31,719 nucleotides of DNA, taken from UHGV virus genome UHGV-0106476. The stretch is one strand, 5' to 3'. This DNA comes from a virus. The position numbers were made by a program, and so were the translations under genes. A model generated the notes under the pieces. It saw only the letters and a list, made by a program, of their open reading frames with translations. It made no database searches and was not told the origin of the DNA. Numbering within the stretch: the stretch's first letter is position 1; each line of letters starts with the position of its first letter. Of this stretch, positions 15,134 through 24,483 are shown piece by piece.

Positions 15134-15351
15134 GTTTGCACAACAGGTAAGAGCATTGACTACACCAGATAAATCTTCGGATGTAATGGTAAAACCATGC
15201 AGTGCTCTTTCCTGTTATCCCTCCAGCGCATCTCACGCGCATATTAACGAGAGCCTTTCAGTAAGCGAGCCTGAGAAATGCCGTTATAGGTGGCGACCTC
15301 TCTCGGGCGGCTTTTCTGTGAGACAGGCTCGCTTTCTAAAAGGTTTACGCA

Positions 15352-15861
15352 ATGCTTTTAACAAGTGAACGCATTAAAGAATCTTTGTCATTTAATCCAT
15401 CTACCGGCATCTTCGTGTGGAAGGTAAAAACAGGAAGATCTAAGCCTGGCATGATTGCTGGTTCGCTGAATTCGTTCGGTTACAGGCAAATATCTTTAGG
15501 AGGTAAAAGATACTTTGCTCATCGTCTGGCGTGGATTTTGTGCAATGGCGAAATAAATAGCGGCTTAGAAATAGATCATGTGAATGGCATAAGAGACGAC
15601 AACAGGATATCAAATCTTAGGATTGTTAGCAGATCGCAAAACAACATGAACACAATAACCTCGAAAAGGAACCGGTCTGGTTGTCGTGGTGTTTGTTTCC
15701 ACTCGAGAGATAGGCTTTGGCATGCTCGTGTTTTTGTTAATAGAAAAACTGCGGCCTTCAAGACATTTAAACGCAAAGAGGATGCTATAAAATTTGTGAC
15801 TTCGGAAAGGGAAAAAATATTCGGAAGTTACAACAAGAATTGTGGTGAATGCGCAGGCTGA
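15352..15861 (+). CDS. HNH homing-type endonuclease with C-terminal AP2 DNA-binding domain
   Basis: 169 aa with an HNH_3-like core (KRYFAHRLAWILCNG...IDHVNGIRDDNRISNLRIVSRSQNNMN) and an AP2-like C-terminus (GCRGVCFHSRDRLWHARVFVNRKTAAFKTFKRKEDAIKFV). Confidence 0.7.
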   Translation: MLLTSERIKESLSFNPSTGIFVWKVKTGRSKPGMIAGSLNSFGYRQISLGGKRYFAHRLAWILCNGEINSGLEIDHVNGIRDDNRISNLRIVSRSQNNMNTITSKRNRSGCRGVCFHSRDRLWHARVFVNRKTAAFKTFKRKEDAIKFVTSEREKIFGSYNKNCGECAG

Positions 15862-16033
15862 TGCGCTAACGCTCAGAGGTGAGCACCTAGCTTCGGGCTA
15901 GGATGGGTAGCCTCAAGTTGGAGTTCAGCACCAACCACCACAACCCAAACTGAGCCGTAGCCACTGGCTATCCTGAATTCATCAGTGATAGTTACGCTGC
16001 GGCCTTCTACACATGACCTTCGTGAAAGCGGGT

Positions 16034-16068
16034 GGCAGGAGGTCGCGCTAACAACCTCCTGCCGTTTT
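16034..16068 (+). terminator. strong intrinsic terminator between the HNH gene and the lysis cassette
   Basis: Perfect 10-bp GC-rich stem GGCAGGAGGT / ACCTCCTGCC with a 10-nt loop, followed by GTTTTG. Confidence 0.65.
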
Positions 16069-16190
16069 GCCCGTGCATATCGGTCACGAACAAATCTGAT
16101 TACTAAACGCAGTAGCCTGGATTTGTTCTATCAGTAATCGACCTTATTCCTAATTAAATAGAGCAAATCCCCTCAATGAAGGGGTAGAGC

Positions 16191-16394
16191 ATGTACCGTA
16201 TGGACAAAATCAGAGAATGGTTCAGTTACAGCTTCGGAGGACTGACTGCGATGGGTGGCATTCTCTCCCTGAATGACTGGGCTGTCATCATTGGTATTCT
16301 TTGTACTGTCGGCACATTTGGCATCAACTGGTACTACAAGCGCAAAGAGCGCGAGGACAGATTGAATGGCAATGTCACCGGCACTACGAAATAG
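16191..16394 (+). CDS. class II holin (S21-like pinholin) with dual-start motif
   Basis: 67-aa [13 protein letters not shown]... with Met1/Met4 dual starts, two hydrophobic segments and a charged C-terminus; directly upstream of a SAR endolysin. Confidence 0.7.
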   Translation: MYRMDKIREWFSYSFGGLTAMGGILSLNDWAVIIGILCTVGTFGINWYYKRKEREDRLNGNVTGTTK

Positions 16395-16869
16395 CGTAAT
16401 AGCGGCGATAAGTGGCGGGGCTATTGCTATAGCATCTGTGTTAATCACTGGACCAAGTGGTAACGATGGTCTGGAAGGTGTCAGCTACATACCATACAAA
16501 GATATTGTTGGTGTATGGACTGTATGTCACGGACACACCGGAAAAGACATCATGCTCGGTAAAACGTATACCGAAGCAGAATGCAAAGCTCTCCTGAATA
16601 AAGACCTTGCCACGGTCGCCAGACAAATTAACCCGTACATCAAAGTCGATATACCGGAAACAACGCGCGGCGCTCTTTACTCGTTCGTCTACAACGTTGG
16701 TGCTGGCAATTTCAGAACATCGACGCTTCTTCGCAAAATCAACCAGGGCGATATCAAAGGTGCATGTGATCAGTTACGTCGTTGGACATACGCTGGCGGT
16801 AAGCAATGGAAAGGGCTGATGACCCGTCGTGATATTGAGCGAGAGGTCTGTTTGTGGGGGCAACAATGA
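16366..16869 (+). CDS. SAR endolysin (phage lysozyme, GH24, R21-like)
   Basis: N-terminal Gly/Ala-rich signal-anchor-release segment ([19 protein letters not shown]) followed by a lysozyme E-x8-D-x5-T catalytic triad ([16 protein letters not shown]); recalled as near-identical to phage 21 R. Confidence 0.85.
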   Translation: MAMSPALRNSVIAAISGGAIAIASVLITGPSGNDGLEGVSYIPYKDIVGVWTVCHGHTGKDIMLGKTYTEAECKALLNKDLATVARQINPYIKVDIPETTRGALYSFVYNVGAGNFRTSTLLRKINQGDIKGACDQLRRWTYAGGKQWKGLMTRRDIEREVCLWGQQ

Positions 16870-17333
16870 GCAGAGTAACCGCGATTATCTCCGCTCTGGT
16901 TATCTGCATCATCGTCTGCCTGTCATGGGCTGTTAATCATTACCGTGATAACGTCATCGCCTACAAAGAACAGCGAGATAAAAAAGTCAGTGAGCTGAAG
17001 CAGGCGACCGCCACCATTACTGACATGCAGCAGCGCCAGCGTTCTGCTGATGCACTCGATGCTAAATACACGAAGGAGTTAGCTGATGCGAAAGCTGAAA
17101 ATGATGCTCTTCGGCGCAAGCTTGATAATGGCGGCAGGGTGCTCGTCAAAGGAAAATGCCCTGTGCCATCCTCAGCCGAAACCTCCGGCGCCTCCGGCAT
17201 GGGCAATGATGCCACCGTCGAACTCTCTCCAGTTGCTGGACGAAACGTTCTCGGTGTCCGGGACGGAATTATCCGCGACCAAACAGCACTGAGAACGCTT
17301 CAGGAATACATCAGGACGCAATGCCTTCGATGA
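16866..17333 (+). CDS. Rz: Rz i-spanin
   Basis: 155 aa with an N-terminal TM segment and coiled-coil periplasmic domain; ATGA overlap with the endolysin stop; Rz1 is embedded in the +1 frame. Confidence 0.8.
   Translation: MSRVTAIISALVICIIVCLSWAVNHYRDNVIAYKEQRDKKVSELKQATATITDMQQRQRSADALDAKYTKELADAKAENDALRRKLDNGGRVLVKGKCPVPSSAETSGASGMGNDATVELSPVAGRNVLGVRDGIIRDQTALRTLQEYIRTQCLR
17086..17292 (+). CDS. Rz1: Rz1 o-spanin lipoprotein (embedded in Rz)
   Basis: 68 aa [21 protein letters not shown]... with a lipobox and proline-rich mature region, fully inside Rz in another frame. Confidence 0.8.
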   Translation: MRKLKMMLFGASLIMAAGCSSKENALCHPQPKPPAPPAWAMMPPSNSLQLLDETFSVSGTELSATKQH

Positions 17334-17506
17334 TAGCGATAATTTTACTCATCATCCTTCACATCTGGCTCTGTAGACAGGGTGGTGATCACTTCTGGAG
17401 TGAATCCAGATTAAACATCTCATTGCTGATGCTTGATATTGAGCATCTGGCGCGCGGTAAGGGGCTGCGTTGAGATAAGAGCCAGTCATTACAAATACCA
17501 GGATTT

Positions 17507-17533
17507 AGCCTCGCATTCGCGGGGCTTTTTATT
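17507..17533 (+). terminator. intrinsic terminator after the lysis cassette
   Basis: 8-bp stem (17507-17514 with 17519-17526, one G-U), ATTC loop, then a T run (17526-17530). A second 9-bp hairpin lies at 17543-17568. Confidence 0.55.
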
Positions 17534-17637
17534 GCCATTACAAAAGCCACTTCCTACAGAGTGGCTTTGATAATGGCTTATACCCTACACGGGATAACTT
17601 AACTGATATCCCTTTTAACGGATAAACGGAGCCAACA

Positions 17638-17880
17638 ATGGCAGAGATTATTCCCATGACTGAAGAACAGAAATTCCAGTTAGAGATTTACAAACTGGTC
17701 ATGAACCAGAACGCAGCCGCAGAAGAAGCATTTCAGTTCATTGGCACTGACGAGCTGAAGCTTGAGTTATTCAAAATTCACTTCCAGTCAGGCGGCGCTA
17801 ATTCAGATATCACGACCCGCACTATCGAAGCGGTGCGTAAATCGAAGGAAGCGTTAGACCTGTTCACTACCGGAGCGTAA
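17638..17880 (+). CDS. hypothetical protein preceding the terminase genes
   Basis: 80-aa ORF with GGAG RBS. Confidence 0.5.
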   Translation: MAEIIPMTEEQKFQLEIYKLVMNQNAAAEEAFQFIGTDELKLELFKIHFQSGGANSDITTRTIEAVRKSKEALDLFTTGA

Positions 17881-17882
17881 AC

Positions 17883-17954
17883 ATGGCAACTCAAGGTTTC
17901 GACAACCCATCCAAATTCCGCGATGAATGGGATAAGCAAGCAGAAGGGAAATAA
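17883..17954 (+). CDS. tiny ORF upstream of terS
   Basis: 23 codons (MATQGFDNPSKFRDEWDKQAEGK) with GGAG RBS; uncertain. Confidence 0.2.
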   Translation: MATQGFDNPSKFRDEWDKQAEGK

Positions 17955-17959
17955 TCAAT

Positions 17960-18385
17960 ATGGCGACTGAGAAAAAGAAAGGTGGTCGCCCCTCTGATTA
18001 TATGCCGGAGGTGGCTAATGACATTTGCGCATTGCTTTCCTCCGGTGAGAGTCTGCGCAAAGTTTGCGAACGCCCAGGAATGCCGAGCAAAACATCAGTT
18101 TTTCGCTGGCTGGCTGAACATCAGGAGTTTCGTGACCAGTACGCGAAGGCAACAGAGACTCGGGCCGACTCTATTTTCGAAGAGATATTCGAAATTGCTG
18201 ACGGCGTAATCCCTGATGCCGCCGAGGTGGCAAAGGCAAGACTTCGCGTTGATACCCGCAAATGGGCGCTGGCCAGAATGAATCCCCGTAAGTATGGCGA
18301 CAAGGTAACTAATGAGCTTGTCGGCAAAGACGGCGGCGCAATCCAGATTGAAACATCACCGATGAGCACTCTATTCGGAAAATGA
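17960..18385 (+). CDS. terminase small subunit (Sf6 gp1-like)
   Basis: 141 aa (MATEKKKGGRPSDYMPEVANDICALLSSGESLRKVCERPGMP...), recalled as close to Sf6 TerS; precedes TerL with an ATGA overlap. Confidence 0.75.
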   Translation: MATEKKKGGRPSDYMPEVANDICALLSSGESLRKVCERPGMPSKTSVFRWLAEHQEFRDQYAKATETRADSIFEEIFEIADGVIPDAAEVAKARLRVDTRKWALARMNPRKYGDKVTNELVGKDGGAIQIETSPMSTLFGK

Positions 18386-19797
18386 CCTCGATTAATCCTA
18401 TCTTTGAACCGTTCATTGAGGCGCATCGCTACAAAGTCGCCAAAGGCGGTCGAGGTAGCGGTAAGTCATGGGCAATTGCGAGGCTGCTTGTTGAAGCGGC
18501 GCGTCGGCAGCCGGTGCGCATACTCTGCGCTCGTGAACTGCAAAACAGTATCAGCGATTCGGTAATCCGGTTGCTTGAAGACACCATCGAGCGTGAAGGG
18601 TATTCGGCTGAGTTTGAAATTCAGCGTTCCATGATTCGTCATCTCGGAACGAATGCTGAGTTCATGTTCTACGGCATCAAAAACAACCCGACGAAGATTA
18701 AATCGCTCGAAGGCATTGATATCTGCTGGGTGGAAGAAGCGGAAGCGGTAACGAAGGAATCATGGGACATCCTGATACCAACCATCCGCAAGCCGTTTTC
18801 CGAAATATGGGTGAGCTTTAACCCGAAAAACATCCTCGACGATACCTATCAGCGATTCGTCGTAAATCCTCCCGATGATATTTGTCTGCTGACAGTGAAC
18901 TACACCGACAACCCGCATTTTCCTGAAGTTCTCCGTCTGGAGATGGAAGAGTGTAAACGCAGAAATCCGACACTGTATCGTCACATCTGGCTTGGTGAGC
19001 CAGTAAGCGCAAGTGATATGGCAATCATCAAACGTGAATGGCTTGAAGCTGCTACCGATGCGCACAAGAAACTCGGATGGAAAGCGAAAGGCGCGGTTGT
19101 TTCTGCGCATGACCCATCAGACACAGGGCCAGATGCTAAAGGTTACGCATCGCGTCACGGTTCGGTAGTTAAGCGCATTGCCGAAGGCCTGCTGATGGAC
19201 ATCAACGAGGGCGCTGACTGGGCTACTTCTCTGGCGATTGAAGACGGCGCTGACCACTACTTGTGGGATGGTGATGGTGTTGGTGCAGGTCTACGCAGAC
19301 AGACAACGGAAGCGTTCTCCGGTAAGAAAATCACCGCCACGATGTTCAAGGGTAGCGAATCGCCATTCGATGAGGATGCGCCTTATCAGGCCGGGGCATG
19401 GGCTGATGAAGTCGTGCAGGGCGACAACGTTCGCACTATTGGCGATGTGTTCCGCAATAAGCGAGCGCAATTCTATTACGCGCTGGCTGACAGGCTGTAT
19501 CTGACATATCGGGCGGTTGTTCACGGTGAGTATGCAGACCCCGACGACATGCTGAGTTTCGACAAAGAAGCGATAGGCGAGAAGATGCTGGAGAAGCTGT
19601 TTGCAGAACTGACGCAGATTCAGCGCAAATTCAATAACAACGGGAAGCTTGAGCTAATGACTAAGGTCGAAATGAAGCAGAAGCTCGGTATTCCATCTCC
19701 TAACCTGGCTGATGCGTTGATGATGTGTATGCATTGCCCGGAGTCGGCTGCGCAACCCGACTATTCCAGTTACTCAATTCCTTGTGGTGTAGGTTGA
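18382..19797 (+). CDS. terminase large subunit
   Basis: 471 aa with a Walker A ATPase motif (KGGRGSGKSWA) and a C-terminal nuclease-like region. Confidence 0.85.
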   Translation: MTSINPIFEPFIEAHRYKVAKGGRGSGKSWAIARLLVEAARRQPVRILCARELQNSISDSVIRLLEDTIEREGYSAEFEIQRSMIRHLGTNAEFMFYGIKNNPTKIKSLEGIDICWVEEAEAVTKESWDILIPTIRKPFSEIWVSFNPKNILDDTYQRFVVNPPDDICLLTVNYTDNPHFPEVLRLEMEECKRRNPTLYRHIWLGEPVSASDMAIIKREWLEAATDAHKKLGWKAKGAVVSAHDPSDTGPDAKGYASRHGSVVKRIAEGLLMDINEGADWATSLAIEDGADHYLWDGDGVGAGLRRQTTEAFSGKKITATMFKGSESPFDEDAPYQAGAWADEVVQGDNVRTIGDVFRNKRAQFYYALADRLYLTYRAVVHGEYADPDDMLSFDKEAIGEKMLEKLFAELTQIQRKFNNNGKLELMTKVEMKQKLGIPSPNLADALMMCMHCPESAAQPDYSSYSIPCGVG

Positions 19798-19798
19798 T

Positions 19799-21997
19799 AT
19801 GGCAGAAAAAAAGATGACTGACTGGCATCGCAAGGTGCTGTGCAACTTTGATAATGCCTGGTCAGCAACGCAGGATATGCGTGAGCAGATTATTGAAGCT
19901 CAACGTTTCGTCCGGGTGTCCGGCGCACAGTGGGAAGGCAGCACAAACGCTGGTTACTCATTTGATGAAGGCAGGTTTGAGCATTACCCGCGATTTGAGC
20001 TGAATAAGATTGCCCGTGAATGTGATCGCATCATTGGCGAGTATCGACAGAATCGCATCAGCGTTAAATTCAGGCCGAAGGATGACAAGGCATCAGAAGC
20101 GTTAGCCGAAAAGATGAACGGCAAATTCCGCGCTGACTATCAGGAAACATCCGGTGGCGAAGCGTGTGATAACGCATTTGATGATGCTGTAACGGGCGGA
20201 TTCGGTTGTTTCCGCATGTGTGCCGATTACGAAGATGAAATGGATCCGAGTAACGAGCAGCGCCGCATCAGCCTTCTCCCGGTTTACGACCCAGCGACAT
20301 GCGTCTTCTTCGATCAGGACAGCAAGCAATATGACCGCTCTGATGCTATGTGGGCTATGGAGATGTTCTCCATGACGCCTAAAGCGTTCGAGGCTGAATA
20401 CCCTGATTCCATCGCGGCAAGCCTTTCTCGTGATGACACTGGCACTCAATATGACTGGTCAACGCCCGATGCCATCTATGTTGGACGCTACTACGAAGTT
20501 CGCATAGAGAAGGTGAAGCTCACGGCGTGGCGCAACCCTGTTAGCGGAGAAACGGCAATCTATGATGAAGAGCAAATCAAAGATATTGTCGACGAGCTGA
20601 CCGATGGCGCATTCGAACTGATTGGCGAGCGGACAGTGAAGAAACGCCGCGTTTATTGCGGCCTTCTGTCTGGCGCTGAATGGCTGGAAGAACCGAAGCG
20701 TATTCCGGGCGAACATATTCCTCTCATCCCGGTATATGGGCGTCGTTCATTTGTTGATAATCAGGAGCGAATCGAAGGCCACGCAGCAAAAGCGATGGAT
20801 GCACAGCGTCTTGAGAATCTGATGGTTTCCATGATTGCAGATAACGCTACTCAGGCTGGCGGTGATGGCATTCCTATCGTGGATGTTGATTTCATTCCAG
20901 GGCCATTAATGAATTACTGGGCAGAGAGGAATAAGAAAAGACCTGCAGTTCTTCCTATGACCAGCAAGAAGGACAAAAACGGAACAGTCATTTCAGAAGC
21001 TCAGGTTGCTGGCTGGACACCTCCGACACAAATGCCGCCTGCTCTTGCCGGGCTGTTGCAGTACACCGGAACGGCTATTCAGCAAATTACAGGTGCGTCG
21101 CAGCTTGAGAACATGCCGAGCAACGTCGCCACCGATACCGTTGATAGCATTTTTAACCGGATGGACACGCAGTCCTATATCTACATGGACAACATGGCTA
21201 AATCCATGCGCCGCGCTGGCGTTGTGTGGCTTTCTATGGCGCGTGAGGTCTATGGCAGTGATACGCCGATGCGTATCGTTAATGAGGACGGCAGCGATGA
21301 CGTGGCGCTGATGACTGGTGAAGTGGTTGACCGTCAGACAGGGCAGGTTATCGCGCTTAACGACCTTTCGCAGGGTAACTATGAAGTGACTGTCGATGTC
21401 GGTCAGTCGTTCGCTACTCGCCGTGATGCAACGGTTAAGTCGTTACTTTCCATGCTGGCACTTATCCCACCAGGAACGCCGAAGCACGACCTTGTATCGT
21501 CGATGATTCTCGACAATATGGACGGCGAAGGGATGGACGACCTGAAAGAATACAACCGCAATCAGTTGCTTCTGTCTGGCGTTATCAAGCCGAGAACGCC
21601 TGAAGAACAGCAGATGGTTGAACAGGCGAAACAACAACAGGCCAGTCAGCCAGATCCGGCTATGGTTGCAGCGCAAGGTCAGCTTCTTGCTGGTCAGGCT
21701 GAATTGCAGAAAGCGCAGAACGAACAGGCAGCCATTCAGGTTAAAGCATTCCAGGCACAGACGGATGCTCAGGTTGCTGCGGCAAATGTTGTGAAAATCC
21801 TCGCATCTGCCGATAGCCAGCAAAAATCTGATATCCGTGAGGCGCTGAAACTGCTCGGACAGTTCCAGCAACAGCAAGGAGATAATGCCCGTGCTGATGC
21901 AGAGCTTGTCCTGAAAAGTCAGGCACAGGGCCATGCGCAGCGCATGGACATCAGCAGCATCCTGCAAAAATCAACTCAGCAACAACCACAGCAGTAA
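19799..21997 (+). CDS. portal protein (P22 gp1 / Sf6 gp3-like)
   Basis: 732 aa; KKRRVY and EHIPLIPVYG segments and a Gln/Ala-rich C-terminal helix match the recalled P22 portal. Confidence 0.85.
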   Translation: MAEKKMTDWHRKVLCNFDNAWSATQDMREQIIEAQRFVRVSGAQWEGSTNAGYSFDEGRFEHYPRFELNKIARECDRIIGEYRQNRISVKFRPKDDKASEALAEKMNGKFRADYQETSGGEACDNAFDDAVTGGFGCFRMCADYEDEMDPSNEQRRISLLPVYDPATCVFFDQDSKQYDRSDAMWAMEMFSMTPKAFEAEYPDSIAASLSRDDTGTQYDWSTPDAIYVGRYYEVRIEKVKLTAWRNPVSGETAIYDEEQIKDIVDELTDGAFELIGERTVKKRRVYCGLLSGAEWLEEPKRIPGEHIPLIPVYGRRSFVDNQERIEGHAAKAMDAQRLENLMVSMIADNATQAGGDGIPIVDVDFIPGPLMNYWAERNKKRPAVLPMTSKKDKNGTVISEAQVAGWTPPTQMPPALAGLLQYTGTAIQQITGASQLENMPSNVATDTVDSIFNRMDTQSYIYMDNMAKSMRRAGVVWLSMAREVYGSDTPMRIVNEDGSDDVALMTGEVVDRQTGQVIALNDLSQGNYEVTVDVGQSFATRRDATVKSLLSMLALIPPGTPKHDLVSSMILDNMDGEGMDDLKEYNRNQLLLSGVIKPRTPEEQQMVEQAKQQQASQPDPAMVAAQGQLLAGQAELQKAQNEQAAIQVKAFQAQTDAQVAAANVVKILASADSQQKSDIREALKLLGQFQQQQGDNARADAELVLKSQAQGHAQRMDISSILQKSTQQQPQQ

Positions 21998-22087
21998 TTA
22001 ACCCATAACGTGCAATGGCTGTCTTTATGAGGCCTGGCACCCTATTGCCTTCCGATGGGCTGAACATCGAGTAAACAGGGGTAACAA

Positions 22088-22981
22088 ATGGACCAGATGG
22101 CAGAAAACACACCAGAAGTTGAAATCGAAACCGACGCGTCAGAGCAGATTCCTGATGATGTCGAACTGGCTGAAGAAGTCGAAACAGAAGATGGCAGTGA
22201 GTCCTCCGGCAATGATGCAGAGGAAGCTACTGAAACTGATGACGACGAATTAGAACAGGAATTCTACTTTGGTGACGAAAAGCTGGATTCGCCAACCAGC
22301 GAAGATGGCGCAGAGCATGGACTGGTAAAACACCTGCGCAAGACGATTAAAGAGAAAGACCGCGAGCTGAAAGAGCTGATGCGCCAGTCTCAGAAACCCG
22401 TCGAGCAGCAGCCGGTAATTACTCAACCACCGCGAATGCCAAAACTGGACGATGAGGACATCGGTTTCGATGAAGAAATCTACCAGCAACGCATGGCTAA
22501 GTGGGCAGAGGATAACGGCAAGTACCAGCAACAGGAGATGGCTCGCAAGCAGAAGGAGCAGGAGCTTCAGGCTGCCTATCAAGAGCGATTATCCAAATAT
22601 CAGCAACGTGTTAAGGCTCTCAAAGTTCCTGGCTATCAGGAAGCTGAGCAGGCCGTACTCGAGGAAATCCCCATCGAGACACAAAACGCGATCCTGTTTG
22701 AGTCAGAGAAGCCGGAAATCGTTGTTCTGGCACTCGGTCGCAACGCTGAACTGCGCAAGCAACTGGCAGAAGCTACCAACCCCGTAGCAATTGGTCGTCT
22801 GCTGGAACGTATCGAATCGAAGGCCAGAATCATGCCAAAAGCAAAAACCACGGCAGCCACAACCCCGACAGTTAAGGGGAGCAACGGCGCAGTAATCAAC
22901 AACCTCGACAAATTGAAAGCCAAGGCGCTGGAAACTGGTGACTGGACGCCGTATTTCGCCGCTAAAAAGGCAAAAAAATAA
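22088..22981 (+). CDS. scaffolding protein
   Basis: 297 aa: acidic N-terminus, helical charged body, basic C-terminal tip; lies between portal and coat. Confidence 0.7.
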   Translation: MDQMAENTPEVEIETDASEQIPDDVELAEEVETEDGSESSGNDAEEATETDDDELEQEFYFGDEKLDSPTSEDGAEHGLVKHLRKTIKEKDRELKELMRQSQKPVEQQPVITQPPRMPKLDDEDIGFDEEIYQQRMAKWAEDNGKYQQQEMARKQKEQELQAAYQERLSKYQQRVKALKVPGYQEAEQAVLEEIPIETQNAILFESEKPEIVVLALGRNAELRKQLAEATNPVAIGRLLERIESKARIMPKAKTTAATTPTVKGSNGAVINNLDKLKAKALETGDWTPYFAAKKAKK

Positions 22982-22999
22982 CCTATCGGAGCATTAAGC

Positions 23000-24253
23000 A
23001 TGGCTAACCAATTAGCAAAAGACCTTGAAATCATGTTCGAAAACTACGTTGAAGGCTTTGAGGCCGCCTGCGTAGTTTCCCGTAACGCTAAAAAATTCCG
23101 TCCCGGTGATACAGCAATGCAGCGAGCAGGTGATGTTCTGTATCGTCCGCAGCATTACCACATGAACATTGAGGAAGGCCTCGATCTCAGCAGCAAAACG
23201 CCAACAGCACTGGTTCAGCGCCTTGTTCCTTCAGTGTTCAAGGAGCCGAAAAACATTCTGTACACTCTGGATGCGCGTGAAATGCGTGACCCGGAACATA
23301 AAACTGAAGCTGGTCGCGCCGCAGGTATGCGCCTTGCTGCACAGATTGACTCGGACCTGATTTCCATGGTCACGCAGCGTGCTACTAACGTGATCACAAT
23401 GGCTGACTCAACCACTGGTTCACAGGGCCGTGATTTGTGGAACTGTGCGGCAGGTATTGATGCCACCATGACGGCGATTGGGGTACCACAGGGTATCAAC
23501 CGCCGCTCTTTCTGGAACCCCTTCAACTACAAAGACCTTGCTGGCGAGCTTGGTCACCGTGCCTATGCTCAGGGCGCAACCCTGACAGCATACGAAAAAG
23601 CGCAGATCCCTCCGGTTGCGTCCTTCGATAGCTACAAGACCGATATTTCTGGTCGTGTTCCGAAGGGTACAGCAACTTCCATTACGCTGGCAGCAGCACC
23701 TGCGCACAAGGTTGAAGCGAAAGATGCTAACGATATGCCAGTGGATAACCGACAGGGGACCATTACGGTATCTGCTGAAGGTTTGCAGGTTGGCGATGCG
23801 TTTACCATCGCAGGGGTGAATTCCGTACACCAGATCACCAAAGATACCACCGGGCAGCCGCAGGTATTCCGCGTTCTGGCAGTTAGCGGAACGACAGTAA
23901 CTATCTCCCCGAAAATTCTGCCGCCTGACAACGCGGATGTCGCCAGCCGTCCATATGCAAACGTTGATGCTAATGCGGCAAGTAGCGCAGCAATCACCAT
24001 TCTCAACAAAAATGCCGCACCGGCTAACCTGTTCTGGGCTGATGGTTCTGTTGAACTGATGTACGGCAAACTGGCGTTCCCGACTGGTCAGGGTCCACAG
24101 GTAATGACAGCAACCACCGAGCAGGGCGCTACGCTGATCATGTCTTACGCCTTCGACCACATCAAAGGCGTAACCACTGCGCGTTTCACCACTCTGTACG
24201 GTTGCTCTGTACTGGTTCCTGAATATACGGGCATCGTTATTGCCGGGCAGTAA
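23000..24253 (+). CDS. major capsid (coat) protein, P22 gp5-like
   Basis: 417 aa; AKKFRPGDTAMQRAG and NLFWADGSVELMYG resemble recalled P22 coat segments; followed by a strong terminator. Confidence 0.8.
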   Translation: MANQLAKDLEIMFENYVEGFEAACVVSRNAKKFRPGDTAMQRAGDVLYRPQHYHMNIEEGLDLSSKTPTALVQRLVPSVFKEPKNILYTLDAREMRDPEHKTEAGRAAGMRLAAQIDSDLISMVTQRATNVITMADSTTGSQGRDLWNCAAGIDATMTAIGVPQGINRRSFWNPFNYKDLAGELGHRAYAQGATLTAYEKAQIPPVASFDSYKTDISGRVPKGTATSITLAAAPAHKVEAKDANDMPVDNRQGTITVSAEGLQVGDAFTIAGVNSVHQITKDTTGQPQVFRVLAVSGTTVTISPKILPPDNADVASRPYANVDANAASSAAITILNKNAAPANLFWADGSVELMYGKLAFPTGQGPQVMTATTEQGATLIMSYAFDHIKGVTTARFTTLYGCSVLVPEYTGIVIAGQ

Positions 24254-24260
24254 TTTAGGT

Positions 24261-24280
24261 GGGGCTTCGGCCCCATTTTT
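24261..24280 (+). terminator. intrinsic terminator after the coat gene
   Basis: GGGGC-TTCG-GCCCC hairpin (24261-24274) followed by ATTTTTATT. Confidence 0.7.
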
Positions 24281-24294
24281 ATTGGGAGAAGACA

Positions 24295-24483
24295 ATGGCA
24301 CGAACAATGCTCTATAAGCCGGGCAACATGATCACCTGTGGTCAGTTTGCTGTCGATTACATCATTGTTGATGACGAAGAAGTTAAATCTCACCTGAAAA
24401 AAGGCTGGGTAAAAACTCCTGAAGAAACCGCAACGAAGCAAAAAGTGGCTAAGGCGGAAGAAGATGGCGAAAACGAAGGGTGA
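24295..24483 (+). CDS. small hypothetical protein between coat and gp4
   Basis: 62 aa from the ATG at 24295 (MARTMLYKPGNMITCGQFAVDYIIVDDEEV...) with GGGAGAAG RBS; the ORF track's form starts upstream inside the terminator. Confidence 0.45.
   Translation: MARTMLYKPGNMITCGQFAVDYIIVDDEEVKSHLKKGWVKTPEETATKQKVAKAEEDGENEG

Noticed and set aside
15102-15368. 88-aa plus-strand ORF between Q and the HNH gene
   Set aside because: It starts inside the hairpin/T-tract region downstream of pR', has no RBS, and its translation is low-complexity; the region is better explained as structured leader RNA.
15862-16190. Possible tRNA gene between Q and the lysis genes, as in Stx-type lambdoid phages
   Set aside because: No GTTCGA/T-loop-like motif or cloverleaf-compatible arrangement was seen by eye; a tRNA scan would be needed to exclude one formally.
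16961-17215. 84-aa minus-strand ORF inside Rz
   Set aside because: It is antisense to Rz/Rz1, which are well supported by motifs and synteny; no RBS.
20102-24307. Antisense ORFs inside the portal and coat genes (for example 20102-20449, 21443-21967, 23420-24307)
   Set aside because: They are embedded antisense to long, well-supported structural genes, have no RBS, and show biased, Cys/Arg-rich composition.
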